Virus record (IMG/VR): IMGVR_UViG_3300047300_001121
Location: 1-64,000 of that record
Length of the DNA: 64,000 nt
Strand: one strand, 5' to 3'
From: a virus
The position numbers and the translations under genes are program-made. Of this stretch, positions 55,039-64,000 are shown one piece after another. Numbering within the stretch: position 1 is the first letter of the stretch; each line of letters starts with the position of its first letter. The notes under the pieces were generated by a model. That model had not been told where the DNA came from, made no database searches, and was given only the letters and a program-made list of their open reading frames with translations.

Positions 55039-55295
55039 CCTCTCGAGGAGACGCTCTGCACCAGTGCTCGCAGCAACTGCACCGCGCGAAGGTGCAGCTG
55101 CAAGATGTCGAGCGAGCCAGCAAGGAAGGCTGGCGGCATGCGAATGAGCTGGAGCAGGAGCGGGCGCGACTTCAGCGCGCCCTTGAGCTGATGATTTCCG
55201 ACATGACCGTCATTGCCAAGAGTGGGTTCACGCACCCAAACCAGAAGAGATTTGCAGAGGCGTCAATCAAGCGAGCCATGGAGGCGATGGCATGA
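55035..55295 (+). CDS. Hypothetical coiled-coil protein
   Basis: Coupled ORF. Confidence 0.6.
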   Translation: MTSRGDALHQCSQQLHRAKVQLQDVERASKEGWRHANELEQERARLQRALELMISDMTVIAKSGFTHPNQKRFAEASIKRAMEAMA

Positions 55296-55555
55296 CCTGC
55301 ATCGTCTTTCACGGCGGCGGCGTGAAATCCATCGTGTACGTTAATCCAGGCGGCCGACTGAAGCTGGGGAACAGGTATGTGTGGCTTGACTTCCATCCGT
55401 ACTGTGGGCCGTCGTTTTCCTGGGATCGCAACGGCGACAGGCCGTATGAGCCCGAGGACGAAAACGACCCCATCTGGCCACTGTTTGAGGCTTGGTTCAC
55501 AAAGTATCAGGCAAAGAAAGAGCGCGAAGCCATGCGCTCAGAAAGGAACGTATGA
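55292..55555 (+). CDS. Hypothetical protein
   Basis: FHPYCGP...PIW..FEAW. Confidence 0.65.
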   Translation: MTCIVFHGGGVKSIVYVNPGGRLKLGNRYVWLDFHPYCGPSFSWDRNGDRPYEPEDENDPIWPLFEAWFTKYQAKKEREAMRSERNV

Positions 55556-55812
55556 TCGACATCGAGCAACTGCTGAGCCACAAAAAGCTGGCGCAATGGG
55601 ACTGTGGAGTGGTGAGGGTTGTACGTCCGACGGGGCGATACATTGACGCGAAACACGGTGAAACGGTTCCGCTCTACTACGAGGAGCGCCTGCGCTATTC
55701 CGTCGAGATAAAGGATGGATGGTTCGACACGAAGTGGGTGCTGGCGTGCAACCTGAAGCCGGTCAGCACGTCCGCCACAGCGCGTAGAGCGCGAGTCCGA
55801 TGGGAATGCTGA
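55552..55812 (+). CDS. Hypothetical protein
   Basis: AAGGA RBS, ATGA overlap. Confidence 0.6.
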   Translation: MIDIEQLLSHKKLAQWDCGVVRVVRPTGRYIDAKHGETVPLYYEERLRYSVEIKDGWFDTKWVLACNLKPVSTSATARRARVRWEC

Positions 55813-56029
55813 GCCACGGATGGGCGACGGCGAGGGTGACGAATCCAACAAGGATTGCGACTGCTGAGATAGGGTGATTCCATTGACGCATTTCCGATCG
55901 TAGCGTCTCCGAACCCGAGTTCGGAGGCGCAATGCGGAACCGTTGTTTTAATGCGACAGATTTGGCTGCTTACTTCATTTAATGCGTCGTAATTCACGCC
56001 TTACGCGAACTACGACAAATTTTTCAAAC

Positions 56030-56057
56030 AAAAAAAAGCCCACCCCGAAGGGTGGGC
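56030..56057 (-). terminator. Intrinsic terminator ending the late operon
   Basis: GCCCACCC-TTCG-GGGTGGGC followed by T8. Confidence 0.9.
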
Positions 56058-56082
56058 GAGCGTCCTGCGGTAGCGAGGATGA

Positions 56083-59000
56083 TCAGTCGACGCGCTCGAG
56101 CTCTTTCTTGACTGCGGCGCGGATCTCTTTCGGCGCGGTGGCGGCGACACGCTGAGCCTTGCTCTTGTTCGCTTCCTGCACGCGCTTGTTGATCTGGCCA
56201 GCATCGATGGAAATGCGGCTCTCTGGGTTGTTGCGGTTCCAGTCGGCGAGCTCTTGCTTGGCCTCTTCGATGAGGTCGGGCTTCTTCTCGATGCGGCCGC
56301 GGGCCCACTTGTCGGCGATCTCCGTCTCGCGCAGCTTGTTCTGTGTGATCAGGTTTTGCTGGGCGCCGGTTGCCTCCTGCACCTGGGCGACGGCCTTGGG
56401 TTGGAATCCAAGCGCCTTGGCAAACGCGTCGTACGCATCGGTGTCAACCACCTTGCGGCCCTTCTGGTCGCGGTAGTAGCCCATCGTGGCCATGTCGGCA
56501 GACTTGATCCAGTTCTGCGCAGCCACCGGTGCAACGGCCTCCGCCGCTTTGCCAAACTCGCCCTGGGCGATGCTTGCAACGCCGGTGCCGATGTTGGTGA
56601 AGAACGTGCCGGCCGGGCCCAGGATCTCGAGGTAGTCGCGGCCGTAGTCGCGCTTCTTCGTCAGCAGGCCGGTGCCTGGCACGAGGTTGCCCAGACCCAT
56701 GCGGCCGGACAAGTCGATCGGCACACCAGGCAAGCCGGACAGCCCGCTCATCACGAACTCGGCGCCAGCCTGGCCCAGGATCGAGGCGAAGAATTCCTTC
56801 TTGGCCTGCTTGCTGTCGAAACTGCGGCCCAGCACGCGCTGCATGAAGCCGTCGATCACGTCGTCCAGATCATCGGCGCCAGGCATGCCAGTCAGACCGG
56901 AGGCCAGGAACAGCACGGCGAGCGCCAGGCCGACGGCCTTCTTGCCCTCGGGCCCGTTGCCCCACATGCGCCGCAGGAACTCGACGTAGCCGATCGAATA
57001 CTGCTTGAACGTGAACAGGGTGCCACCCACCGCGCCACGCGCCCATGCCGGCTTGTTGCCCTTGTTGTAGACGCCCTGGGTCTCGGCAATCGCCTTCTGG
57101 GCAAATGCCATCGGATCAGCCATGCCCTGGTCGCGCGCCAGCTTGTAGGCAGCGATGAAGGTCACGCGGCGGTTGAACTGTTCGGCCGCCGAGAACACCT
57201 TGCCCCAGCCCAGCTGCAGCTTGGCCATGGCATTGTTGATCTTGGCCGCGGCGTCGCCTGCTTTGGTGCCGTCACCGGATTGCAGCTGGCCCTTGCCCTG
57301 CGCCTGAGCCATCAGCTGGTGAACTTCCTGCGGGCTCACGATGCCTTCGTCTTCGGCGCGCTTCAGAGCGGCCGCGAGCTCGTCGTCATTGCGGATGCCG
57401 CGGGATGCCATCTTCACGGCCTCGCCCATGCGCTTGGCTGCGCCGGCGGCGCCACCGAATTGCGACAGGTACGGCAGCGTCATGGTGAACGGCTGGGTCA
57501 AGTTGACCATGGCCGATGCGATCGATCCGCCGATGAACTGCGTGAACAGCATGCCGCGGATGGCCTGAGCCTCTTCGCGCGGGTTCTGCACGTATTCCAT
57601 TAGGCGCACAGCCGCGTCCTTGACGTCGCCGTCGCGCTGGTCAATGGCTTGCACAGAGCGGCCAATCTCGCCGGCATGCAGGTTGGTCGACGTCTGGCGG
57701 GCGTTGCTGTACACGAAGCCAGCGAGCACGCGGCCGACGTCTTCGCTGAAGCCGTTGATACCCTTGCGCTCAATCAGTCGCTTCATGGCCGAGCGGTTGG
57801 TCTTGGCCATCTTGAGGTACTGCTGGAACGCCTCTGACTTGGCGTCGACACCAGACTCTTCCAGGCCCAGCGATTCGCCGAACAGCGCCAGCGTCTCAGG
57901 CGTGACGCCACTGAAGAGCTTGTAGCTCTCCTGGCTCATCGTGCCCTGGGTGACGGTCGCGTCGGGGTACTGCTCTTGCATCTCGCGAGCCATCTTGTTG
58001 GCGTCGCGCTCGCTCTCGAACATCGAGAAGTAGAGCTGCTCACCATCTTTGCCAACGGCGTACACGGTGTACTCACCGAAGCGAGACAGCGGAGCGTAGC
58101 CGCGGGCCATCAAACCGATGGCCTGGCCAGCCTTTTCCTTGATGGCGCGCTTGCTGTCCTCGAGGACCTTGGCGCGCGTTGGCTGTTGCTCGATCAGCTG
58201 GTCGAGGTGAGCGATCATCGCGTTGAGGGCGCCGTCCAGATTCTTGGCGTCGAGCGCTTGCTGACGCACACCTTCGGAGTCGGTGCCCAGGTAGCGCAGC
58301 ATGTCAGAAACAGCGAGGTCGGACAGGCTCTTGTTGGTCGCGCGACGGAACTCGCGGTACAGGCCGATCTGGCGGTCGTTCAGACCGAAGAGCTCTTTGA
58401 GCTCGTCGTTGGTGAACACGACGCCAGCCTTGTCGACGTCTTCGGTCTCGACGATGTTGCCTTCGTCATCGCGCGTGTACTTCAGCGTGCCGCCGAAAAT
58501 CGGGTCACGCAGGGCCTTGACGTCTTCAGCCGACAGGGGCGTTTTGCCGATGTCCTTCCAGCTCTCGAGCTTGGGCAGGATGTTGGGCGCCAGGTCGGCG
58601 GCGCGGGTGGCGTAGACCGACACGTCGTTGATGAAGCGCTGCACGGCGTCGAACACGCGCTTGAACTGCGGGTGCTTCTGCGCCAGGTTGTACTGCGTGC
58701 CGATGGTGCGATCCCACCAGCTCAGCTTCTTGCTCGTCTTCAGCAGGTCGCCGAGGTTGTAGTTGGCCGTGACCTTCATTTGGCTCAGGTCATCGAAGTA
58801 GGGGCGGTCAGCGCTCTTGCGGATGTCCGGGTTGGTCGGGTCAAAATTGCCATTGTTGCCGATGGCGGATTTGATCTGCTCTGGGCGGAAGGCGATGTAG
58901 ACGTTGCGAACCTCGAATCCTTTTCCGCCACGAATGATGACGCCATCGGCACCAGCTTTCTCTGCAGCCTCGATGATCTTGTCGTGGTTGTAATCAAACC

Positions 59001-62000
59001 ACTTGTCCGGGGATCCAGTCGCCTTTCGCTCATACGGATTTTGCAGGCTCAGGTAAACCGGCATGATGTTGGCGCCACCATTGCCAAAGCGTGGATTCTC
59101 CTCGTCACCGAAGTTTGCGCCATCGGCCTGCTCTGCATAAACGCCAGCAGGAATTGGGCGGTTGGTGAAGAAGAACCCCTTATTTCCACCTCGGTAAACG
59201 TAGTTCCGCCCGGACCGCTCGCGATCGAAAACGGAAAAGTCAGACGCTGTGCCGTGATACACCACCAGAGGATTGCCATCAGCATCCACAACCTTCGAGT
59301 CGCCGAACCACTCCTTGAACTCGGGCGTGTCGGTCTGGCGATCGCGGCTGAACAGAGCAACGCCCTGGCCGACGGTCTCGCGCATCTTGTCGGTGACGTC
59401 GAAGCCGGACTGCTCGCCAGTCAGTCCGACGCCGGCGCTTCCGTCAACCTCTTTGATGACGGCGTCGCCGGTATATGCCAGCCGGTATTCGTTCGCTTCT
59501 TTGCGGCTATCGGTTCGGAACAGGCGTTCACCGCTGTCCTCGTCAAACACGACATACCTGCCGCCAACATCTTCGCCGCCAAACACAACGGAACTCAGCT
59601 TCTCGCCACCAAGCTTCGGCAGCAGCTTGCTGATGGCCTGCGGTACGATCTTGTCGTAGAAGGTCTTCATGCCTTCGCCGCCGACTCTGAGGCCCTCGCC
59701 GCTCAGTGTGCGGATGTCCTTCAGGTCTTCGTAATCAGGCGCGCCAGGCGTACCCTCGACTTGGCCTTCGCGTGAGTCCATCTTCTGGACGATCTCTTTG
59801 CCGACGATGTCCTCGAGCTCTGCGGCAGTGAAGTCGCCGTTCTTGATGTTGCTGCCGCCGGCCATCACGTTGATGTAGTAGCCTTTGGCGGTCGGCTCGT
59901 AGCTGATGGAGTCAACCTGCTTGCTCAGGTCATAGCGATCGGCAGACTGCTCGCCGTTGACGAATGCGACTTTGTCGTAGCCACCCTCGACAGCCATCAT
60001 CGCAATGCGCTTGAGTGCGAGGTTGAGCCAGCCTTCGGTCTTGGTGACGAAGGGAGCAAGCGGTACGCCCTGGTTGCTTCGGACAAGTTGCTCGGTGAGT
60101 TGCGATTTCTCGTCGGACAGCCTGTTCCACTCGGCTTGTAGCTCGGGCACATCTTCTGAATTTACCGTCTTCGCAATCTCGCGCAGACGCGCAGTGATGG
60201 CCTGCATACGCGCCTCGATACCGGGGCGGTCAACTTCCTGCTTGAACCCCTTCTTCTTGCCCTCTTGACCCCAGTCCGATTGCAGCTCTTCCACGAAGAG
60301 CACGCGCTTGCCGTCGGCATCGGTGCGGTCGTTGACGCGGATGTGGGCGAGGATGTTGGGCTCATCCCAGTGGCTGGACAAATAGCCGCCGTTCATGCGA
60401 TCGGCTTCGACAATCATGTTGTCGCCAGTCTCGCGCTCGCGGTCGGCGCGGAAGCGCTCAGCGCCTTCGCGGTCAAAAAAGCCTTCGCCTTCGATGTCAC
60501 CATTCTCGTTGACGACACGATAGTCGCCAGCCTTCTCGGGCAGCGTGATCAGCAGCTCACGGTAGTTTTCGCCGCCTGGCAGGGTGTAAGCGATGTACTT
60601 GGCTGGGCGCTCAGGCTCAGGCGCGTATTCCTCGTCGGAGTCTTCCGGAATCCACACGCCTTCGTTGGGACTCTGCGTCAGCGTCACTTCGGAGATCTTC
60701 ACGCCGCTGTCGTCAAGGTACGCGACCAGGTCGTCTTTGGTAAGCTTGTTCTTGCCCTGCAAATCCAAGAAGTCTTTGATACCGGACCACTCAATTTCGT
60801 CGGCTTTAATACCGAGCTTCGATGCGTTGGCGGTGAGCCATTGCTTCCACGCCGGCGCGGCCATGGTGGCCAGGCGCTGCGGCACTTGCTCGATGGCGCG
60901 TTGCAGTTGGCTGTAGAAAGCCGGGCGCGCCGGCGATTTCAGGACTTGTCCGGCTGCTCCGGCTCGAACTTCGCCGCCTGCATCCGATACACCTCGTGCG
61001 CCGTCTTGCCCGAGGTCGCCTCGGAGGCGCGAAGCTGCTCTTTCAAGTCCTTGACGTAGGGGTGATCCGAACCATGCTTCGCCTCCAGGCGCGCGATCTC
61101 CGCCTTCAGCGATTCGATCAATGTACTCACGATAGTTTTCCTTCCCGACAACAACAGTGTCGTAGTTCTGCATGGCCGCAAAGGCCACTCCATCCATGCC
61201 ACGAACTTCCGCAGCGATGTCGTTGAGCAGCTCACGCTTCTCCTGGATCGCACGCTCAATGCCGCCAGGTGCCAACAACTCGTCGCGCAGATCCTCGTCC
61301 CAGCGCATCGAGATCTCGGGCACGTATTGCAAACGCACACCGATAAACGATTCGCCCGTCACGCCTTTCGGGGTCACGCGGGGATCCACCGCCATTGTAA
61401 ATCCATCCTGCCCGCGAGACGTGAATTTCTCGAGAATCGGCATGGCAGTCGCGAGGTCTCGTTGCGACTTGAAGTAGATCTCGACGCCAGGGCGAGCATT
61501 GGCGCTGTCGTCCTTCGGGCCCAGCACCTTTGACACAAAGATGTCGTACTGATTGTTCTCTTCAGCAATGCGAGCGATCTCGGCCATCACCATGGACGGG
61601 TCATGCTGGCCTTTGGTCGCAGTCCATTCGGTGTCGAACGAGGCCTCGACCGTGCCGCCGTACAGACCCGAAGTGGGCATGACGCGGGCCGCCACAACGC
61701 TGTCGTCGCCAACCAGAATGGAGAGCACGCGGGCCTGGGCGACGGATGCCTCGTCGTTGTTGGGCACCTTCTCGCCTTGCTGGATGCTCCAGCCGGCCAG
61801 GTAGCGCTCAACAGGCGTGGCTTCGATGTTCTCTTCAAACGAGCCGCCTTCGCCGGTCTTGCTGGTCCAACCCTTTTGACCCCAGAGCTCCTTCTCGGCG
61901 AACCAGGCGATGGCTTGTAGATCTGGCGGGGTGACATTGATGCCGCGTTCCGCAAGCGCCCGGGAGACTTTGTCCATCACATCTGCGCCGAAGCCAAAGG

Positions 62001-64000
62001 CACCGGTCACGCGCGATCCGTCGGCATTCCACACGCCGGACACACCAGTCTCGGCGACGGGCGGGATGCGCGGCAAATCAGCGCCACGCACCATGTTCGC
62101 GGCGCGGCGTAGCATGCGGGCGGCCCAGACGTCGATGGTGGCCATGTTGGACTGGCCAATCAGGTTCAGCGCGAAGTTGCGGGCCTTGGGTGCCTGACCG
62201 GGCTCGATCACGCGCCACATGTCGACCAGCGCCTTCATGGCGTTGGTGGAGTTCATGCCGTACAGCTTGCCGCTGATCTGACGAATCTTGTCGGCGGCCG
62301 GGTACTTGCTGGCGTCCTTGCCTTCGTCGATGTAGGCGGAGAACTTGGCGAGCTGGTCGTTGAAGTCGCCGGCCATGAAGCGACGCATGACGTCGAGCGA
62401 GAATCGCCAGTTGGTGTCGACCGGCGTGTTGGGGGACGTTGCACCCAGCAAGTCAGCCAGCAGATCGCCGGAGCCGCCGTATTCGCGACGCAGCACTTCG
62501 GCGACGTTGCGATACCAGGTCTGGTGACCAATGATGATCTGAGCGTTCTTGTCGCCCTTGGCGGCGCGCTCGTAGATGTCAGAAACCAGGCCCTCGAACT
62601 TGTCGGCAACCTTGCCCAGCCACACGGTATCGGTCTTTGCCGGCGCGCGATTGCGGCCCGGGGGCACGTTGAACGCGTAGGGCAGGGCCTGGAACTTGGG
62701 CTTCTCGGATCCGGGGATCGGGTTGCCTTCGTCGTCCTGCTTGAGCTCGATGCCAACCACAGTCAATGGCGCCCAGCCTTGAGTGGTCGGGAATGCCTTC
62801 TTGATGCGGCGAGCCTCGTCGACAATAGCCTTGACCTGCTTCTTGCTCAGGTTGAGCTCTTTGGCGTCGGCGTCGATCGCTTCGATCTCTTTGACATCAA
62901 GGCGCGCAGCCTTGGCGCGCACGCGCTGCTCGCGGTCAATATCAAGCTTGTAGTCACGAGCCGTACTCTTGCGGACGTCAGCCTCATTGACCGAGAACAC
63001 GCCGTTGTTGAAATTGGCGGATTTCAGTTGCTCAGGATTGAAAGCAACGAAGACGTCTGACGGATCGTCGATGTACGAGCTGTAGCCAGGGCCTGAATCG
63101 ACGACGTTGAGAATGATCGCGCCGTCGGCGCCCCAGCGACGACCCTCGCGCACGACGTCATCGGTGGTCATGCCGATGCTGTCCTCTTCCTCGTAGCTTG
63201 ATGCGCGACCTGCTTCTACCTGGCGGTCGGCATCCTCCTCCGTGTACACGTAGTCACCGGTGGGCTCGCCGTTCTCATCGAGCATTCGGTACATCGGCTG
63301 TTCGCGCTCGCCATTCCACAGGGCGCCGTTGAAGTCTTCTTCGTTGGCGCTGCGGATGTTGACGAACAGGGCGTAGTAGCCCGAAACGTCTTCGCCGCTC
63401 GGCGCTTCATCGCCGTAGTTATCGAGCAGGTGCTCCTCGGCTTCCGCGCGGGTGTCATAGACGTTATCCATGTACCCGTCTTTCGAGTACACCTCGAACT
63501 TGCCATCGTCGGTCTCGAAGATGTCGTAGCCATCGTCGAGCAGCTCCTGCACCGTAGCTTTGTCGCGGAGCTCGATCTCGCCACCGCGACGGCTGTAGTA
63601 GGTCTGCGCCATAGCGAGATTCGGCGTCGTGAAGATGCCGAGGTCGCCACGCTCTTTGCCGCCGGGCGTCTTGAAGTAGTTGAAGCCGCCCTTGTCGGTG
63701 CCGTGGTAGACGACCATCGGCTCGCCGTTGGCAGTGACAACCTTCGACACGTCAAGGTTGGTTGCCCAAACGCCACCGTCCTTGTGTGCCTGCTCCCAGT
63801 CGCCGAACCACTGCTTGAAGCTGGGCGTGCGCACTTGCACCCACTGGCGCTCGCTGAGCATGGTGTCGGTGCCATCAGGCGCCTTCATCCATTGGTCTGT
63901 CCCTTTGTACTTGGCCTCGACTTCGGCGTATTCGCGCTTGGCGATTTCGACATCGCTTTCGCGCGCCGGGCTGAAGCGAATGGCGGAACCGATGCGCTCG
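56083..64000 (-). CDS. Giant polyvalent internal virion/ejection protein with C-terminal PLxRFG domain (5' end beyond right edge)
   Basis: Frame stays open past 63888 to the edge (ERIGSAIRFSPARESD...). Two VYHGT ART-like domains, a glycosylase-like domain, a SHW/EELQSDW domain and GYAPLSRFGEY. Confidence 0.9.
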   Translation of the reverse strand, partial: ERIGSAIRFSPARESDVEIAKREYAEVEAKYKGTDQWMKAPDGTDTMLSERQWVQVRTPSFKQWFGDWEQAHKDGGVWATNLDVSKVVTANGEPMVVYHGTDKGGFNYFKTPGGKERGDLGIFTTPNLAMAQTYYSRRGGEIELRDKATVQELLDDGYDIFETDDGKFEVYSKDGYMDNVYDTRAEAEEHLLDNYGDEAPSGEDVSGYYALFVNIRSANEEDFNGALWNGEREQPMYRMLDENGEPTGDYVYTEEDADRQVEAGRASSYEEEDSIGMTTDDVVREGRRWGADGAIILNVVDSGPGYSSYIDDPSDVFVAFNPEQLKSANFNNGVFSVNEADVRKSTARDYKLDIDREQRVRAKAARLDVKEIEAIDADAKELNLSKKQVKAIVDEARRIKKAFPTTQGWAPLTVVGIELKQDDEGNPIPGSEKPKFQALPYAFNVPPGRNRAPAKTDTVWLGKVADKFEGLVSDIYERAAKGDKNAQIIIGHQTWYRNVAEVLRREYGGSGDLLADLLGATSPNTPVDTNWRFSLDVMRRFMAGDFNDQLAKFSAYIDEGKDASKYPAADKIRQISGKLYGMNSTNAMKALVDMWRVIEPGQAPKARNFALNLIGQSNMATIDVWAARMLRRAANMVRGADLPRIPPVAETGVSGVWNADGSRVTGAFGFGADVMDKVSRALAERGINVTPPDLQAIAWFAEKELWGQKGWTSKTGEGGSFEENIEATPVERYLAGWSIQQGEKVPNNDEASVAQARVLSILVGDDSVVAARVMPTSGLYGGTVEASFDTEWTATKGQHDPSMVMAEIARIAEENNQYDIFVSKVLGPKDDSANARPGVEIYFKSQRDLATAMPILEKFTSRGQDGFTMAVDPRVTPKGVTGESFIGVRLQYVPEISMRWDEDLRDELLAPGGIERAIQEKRELLNDIAAEVRGMDGVAFAAMQNYDTVVVGKENYREYIDRIAEGGDRAPGGEAWFGSPLRQGLERAASRLRGDLGQDGARGVSDAGGEVRAGAAGQVLKSPARPAFYSQLQRAIEQVPQRLATMAAPAWKQWLTANASKLGIKADEIEWSGIKDFLDLQGKNKLTKDDLVAYLDDSGVKISEVTLTQSPNEGVWIPEDSDEEYAPEPERPAKYIAYTLPGGENYRELLITLPEKAGDYRVVNENGDIEGEGFFDREGAERFRADRERETGDNMIVEADRMNGGYLSSHWDEPNILAHIRVNDRTDADGKRVLFVEELQSDWGQEGKKKGFKQEVDRPGIEARMQAITARLREIAKTVNSEDVPELQAEWNRLSDEKSQLTEQLVRSNQGVPLAPFVTKTEGWLNLALKRIAMMAVEGGYDKVAFVNGEQSADRYDLSKQVDSISYEPTAKGYYINVMAGGSNIKNGDFTAAELEDIVGKEIVQKMDSREGQVEGTPGAPDYEDLKDIRTLSGEGLRVGGEGMKTFYDKIVPQAISKLLPKLGGEKLSSVVFGGEDVGGRYVVFDEDSGERLFRTDSRKEANEYRLAYTGDAVIKEVDGSAGVGLTGEQSGFDVTDKMRETVGQGVALFSRDRQTDTPEFKEWFGDSKVVDADGNPLVVYHGTASDFSVFDRERSGRNYVYRGGNKGFFFTNRPIPAGVYAEQADGANFGDEENPRFGNGGANIMPVYLSLQNPYERKATGSPDKWFDYNHDKIIEAAEKAGADGVIIRGGKGFEVRNVYIAFRPEQIKSAIGNNGNFDPTNPDIRKSADRPYFDDLSQMKVTANYNLGDLLKTSKKLSWWDRTIGTQYNLAQKHPQFKRVFDAVQRFINDVSVYATRAADLAPNILPKLESWKDIGKTPLSAEDVKALRDPIFGGTLKYTRDDEGNIVETEDVDKAGVVFTNDELKELFGLNDRQIGLYREFRRATNKSLSDLAVSDMLRYLGTDSEGVRQQALDAKNLDGALNAMIAHLDQLIEQQPTRAKVLEDSKRAIKEKAGQAIGLMARGYAPLSRFGEYTVYAVGKDGEQLYFSMFESERDANKMAREMQEQYPDATVTQGTMSQESYKLFSGVTPETLALFGESLGLEESGVDAKSEAFQQYLKMAKTNRSAMKRLIERKGINGFSEDVGRVLAGFVYSNARQTSTNLHAGEIGRSVQAIDQRDGDVKDAAVRLMEYVQNPREEAQAIRGMLFTQFIGGSIASAMVNLTQPFTMTLPYLSQFGGAAGAAKRMGEAVKMASRGIRNDDELAAALKRAEDEGIVSPQEVHQLMAQAQGKGQLQSGDGTKAGDAAAKINNAMAKLQLGWGKVFSAAEQFNRRVTFIAAYKLARDQGMADPMAFAQKAIAETQGVYNKGNKPAWARGAVGGTLFTFKQYSIGYVEFLRRMWGNGPEGKKAVGLALAVLFLASGLTGMPGADDLDDVIDGFMQRVLGRSFDSKQAKKEFFASILGQAGAEFVMSGLSGLPGVPIDLSGRMGLGNLVPGTGLLTKKRDYGRDYLEILGPAGTFFTNIGTGVASIAQGEFGKAAEAVAPVAAQNWIKSADMATMGYYRDQKGRKVVDTDAYDAFAKALGFQPKAVAQVQEATGAQQNLITQNKLRETEIADKWARGRIEKKPDLIEEAKQELADWNRNNPESRISIDAGQINKRVQEANKSKAQRVAATAPKEIRAAVKKELERVD
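60939..61130 (-). CDS. Nested out-of-frame 63-aa helical protein inside the polyvalent gene
   Basis: GGAAGGA RBS, GTG start, MSTLIESLKAEIARLEAKHGSDHPYVKDLKEQLRAS..., genome-typical codons. Confidence 0.65.
   Translation of the reverse strand: MSTLIESLKAEIARLEAKHGSDHPYVKDLKEQLRASEATSGKTAHEVYRMQAAKFEPEQPDKS

Noticed and set aside
55813-56000. ORF 55695-55997 and hairpin GCGTCTCCGAA/TTCGGAGGCGC between converging operons
   Set aside because: No supporting motif, and the ORF overlaps an opposite-strand gene; a single hairpin is insufficient to call an RNA
56254-59775. Plus-strand ORFs of 449 and 599 aa opposite the giant gene
   Set aside because: Antisense shadow frames with no recognisable motifs

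Overview
The whole window is bacteriophage DNA with no host genes. It looks like most of the genome of a temperate, GC-rich, podovirus-like phage. A betaproteobacterial host is inferred from protein style, not shown. 1-19 kb is a leftward late operon: sigma70-like promoter, tRNA-Met(CAT), two membrane cargo genes, holin/endolysin/Rz-Rz1, terminases, portal, scaffold, N4-gp56-type capsid, adaptors and a tail fibre that runs off the left edge. 20-30.5 kb is a rightward block of small early genes. 30.4-37 kb is a leftward replication/late-control block: initiator with iterons, DnaC-like loader, HU, Q-like protein, HslV-like peptidase. At 37 kb is an XRE repressor, followed by an ~840-nt ORF-free array of structured RNAs. 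38.8-52.4 kb is a rightward recombination/nucleotide block (RecT, YqaJ, RNA ligase, SSB, RdgC, dNMP kinase, Xis). A tyrosine integrase follows, with an apparently intact attP and a tRNA-Cys, so this is probably the free rather than integrated form. The window ends in a >2600-aa polyvalent PLxRFG virion protein that runs off the right edge. Best candidates for new biology: (i) the tandem structured-ncRNA operon beside the repressor; (ii) a small gene overprinted in a linker of the giant polyvalent protein; (iii) attP as a decayed tRNA-Cys next to a full replacement tRNA; (iv) two sequence-unrelated leaders with the same kissing-loop architecture in front of GIY-YIG nucleases; (v) several stand-alone host-protein mimics. 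All family assignments come from motif recognition and hand folding, not database searches.
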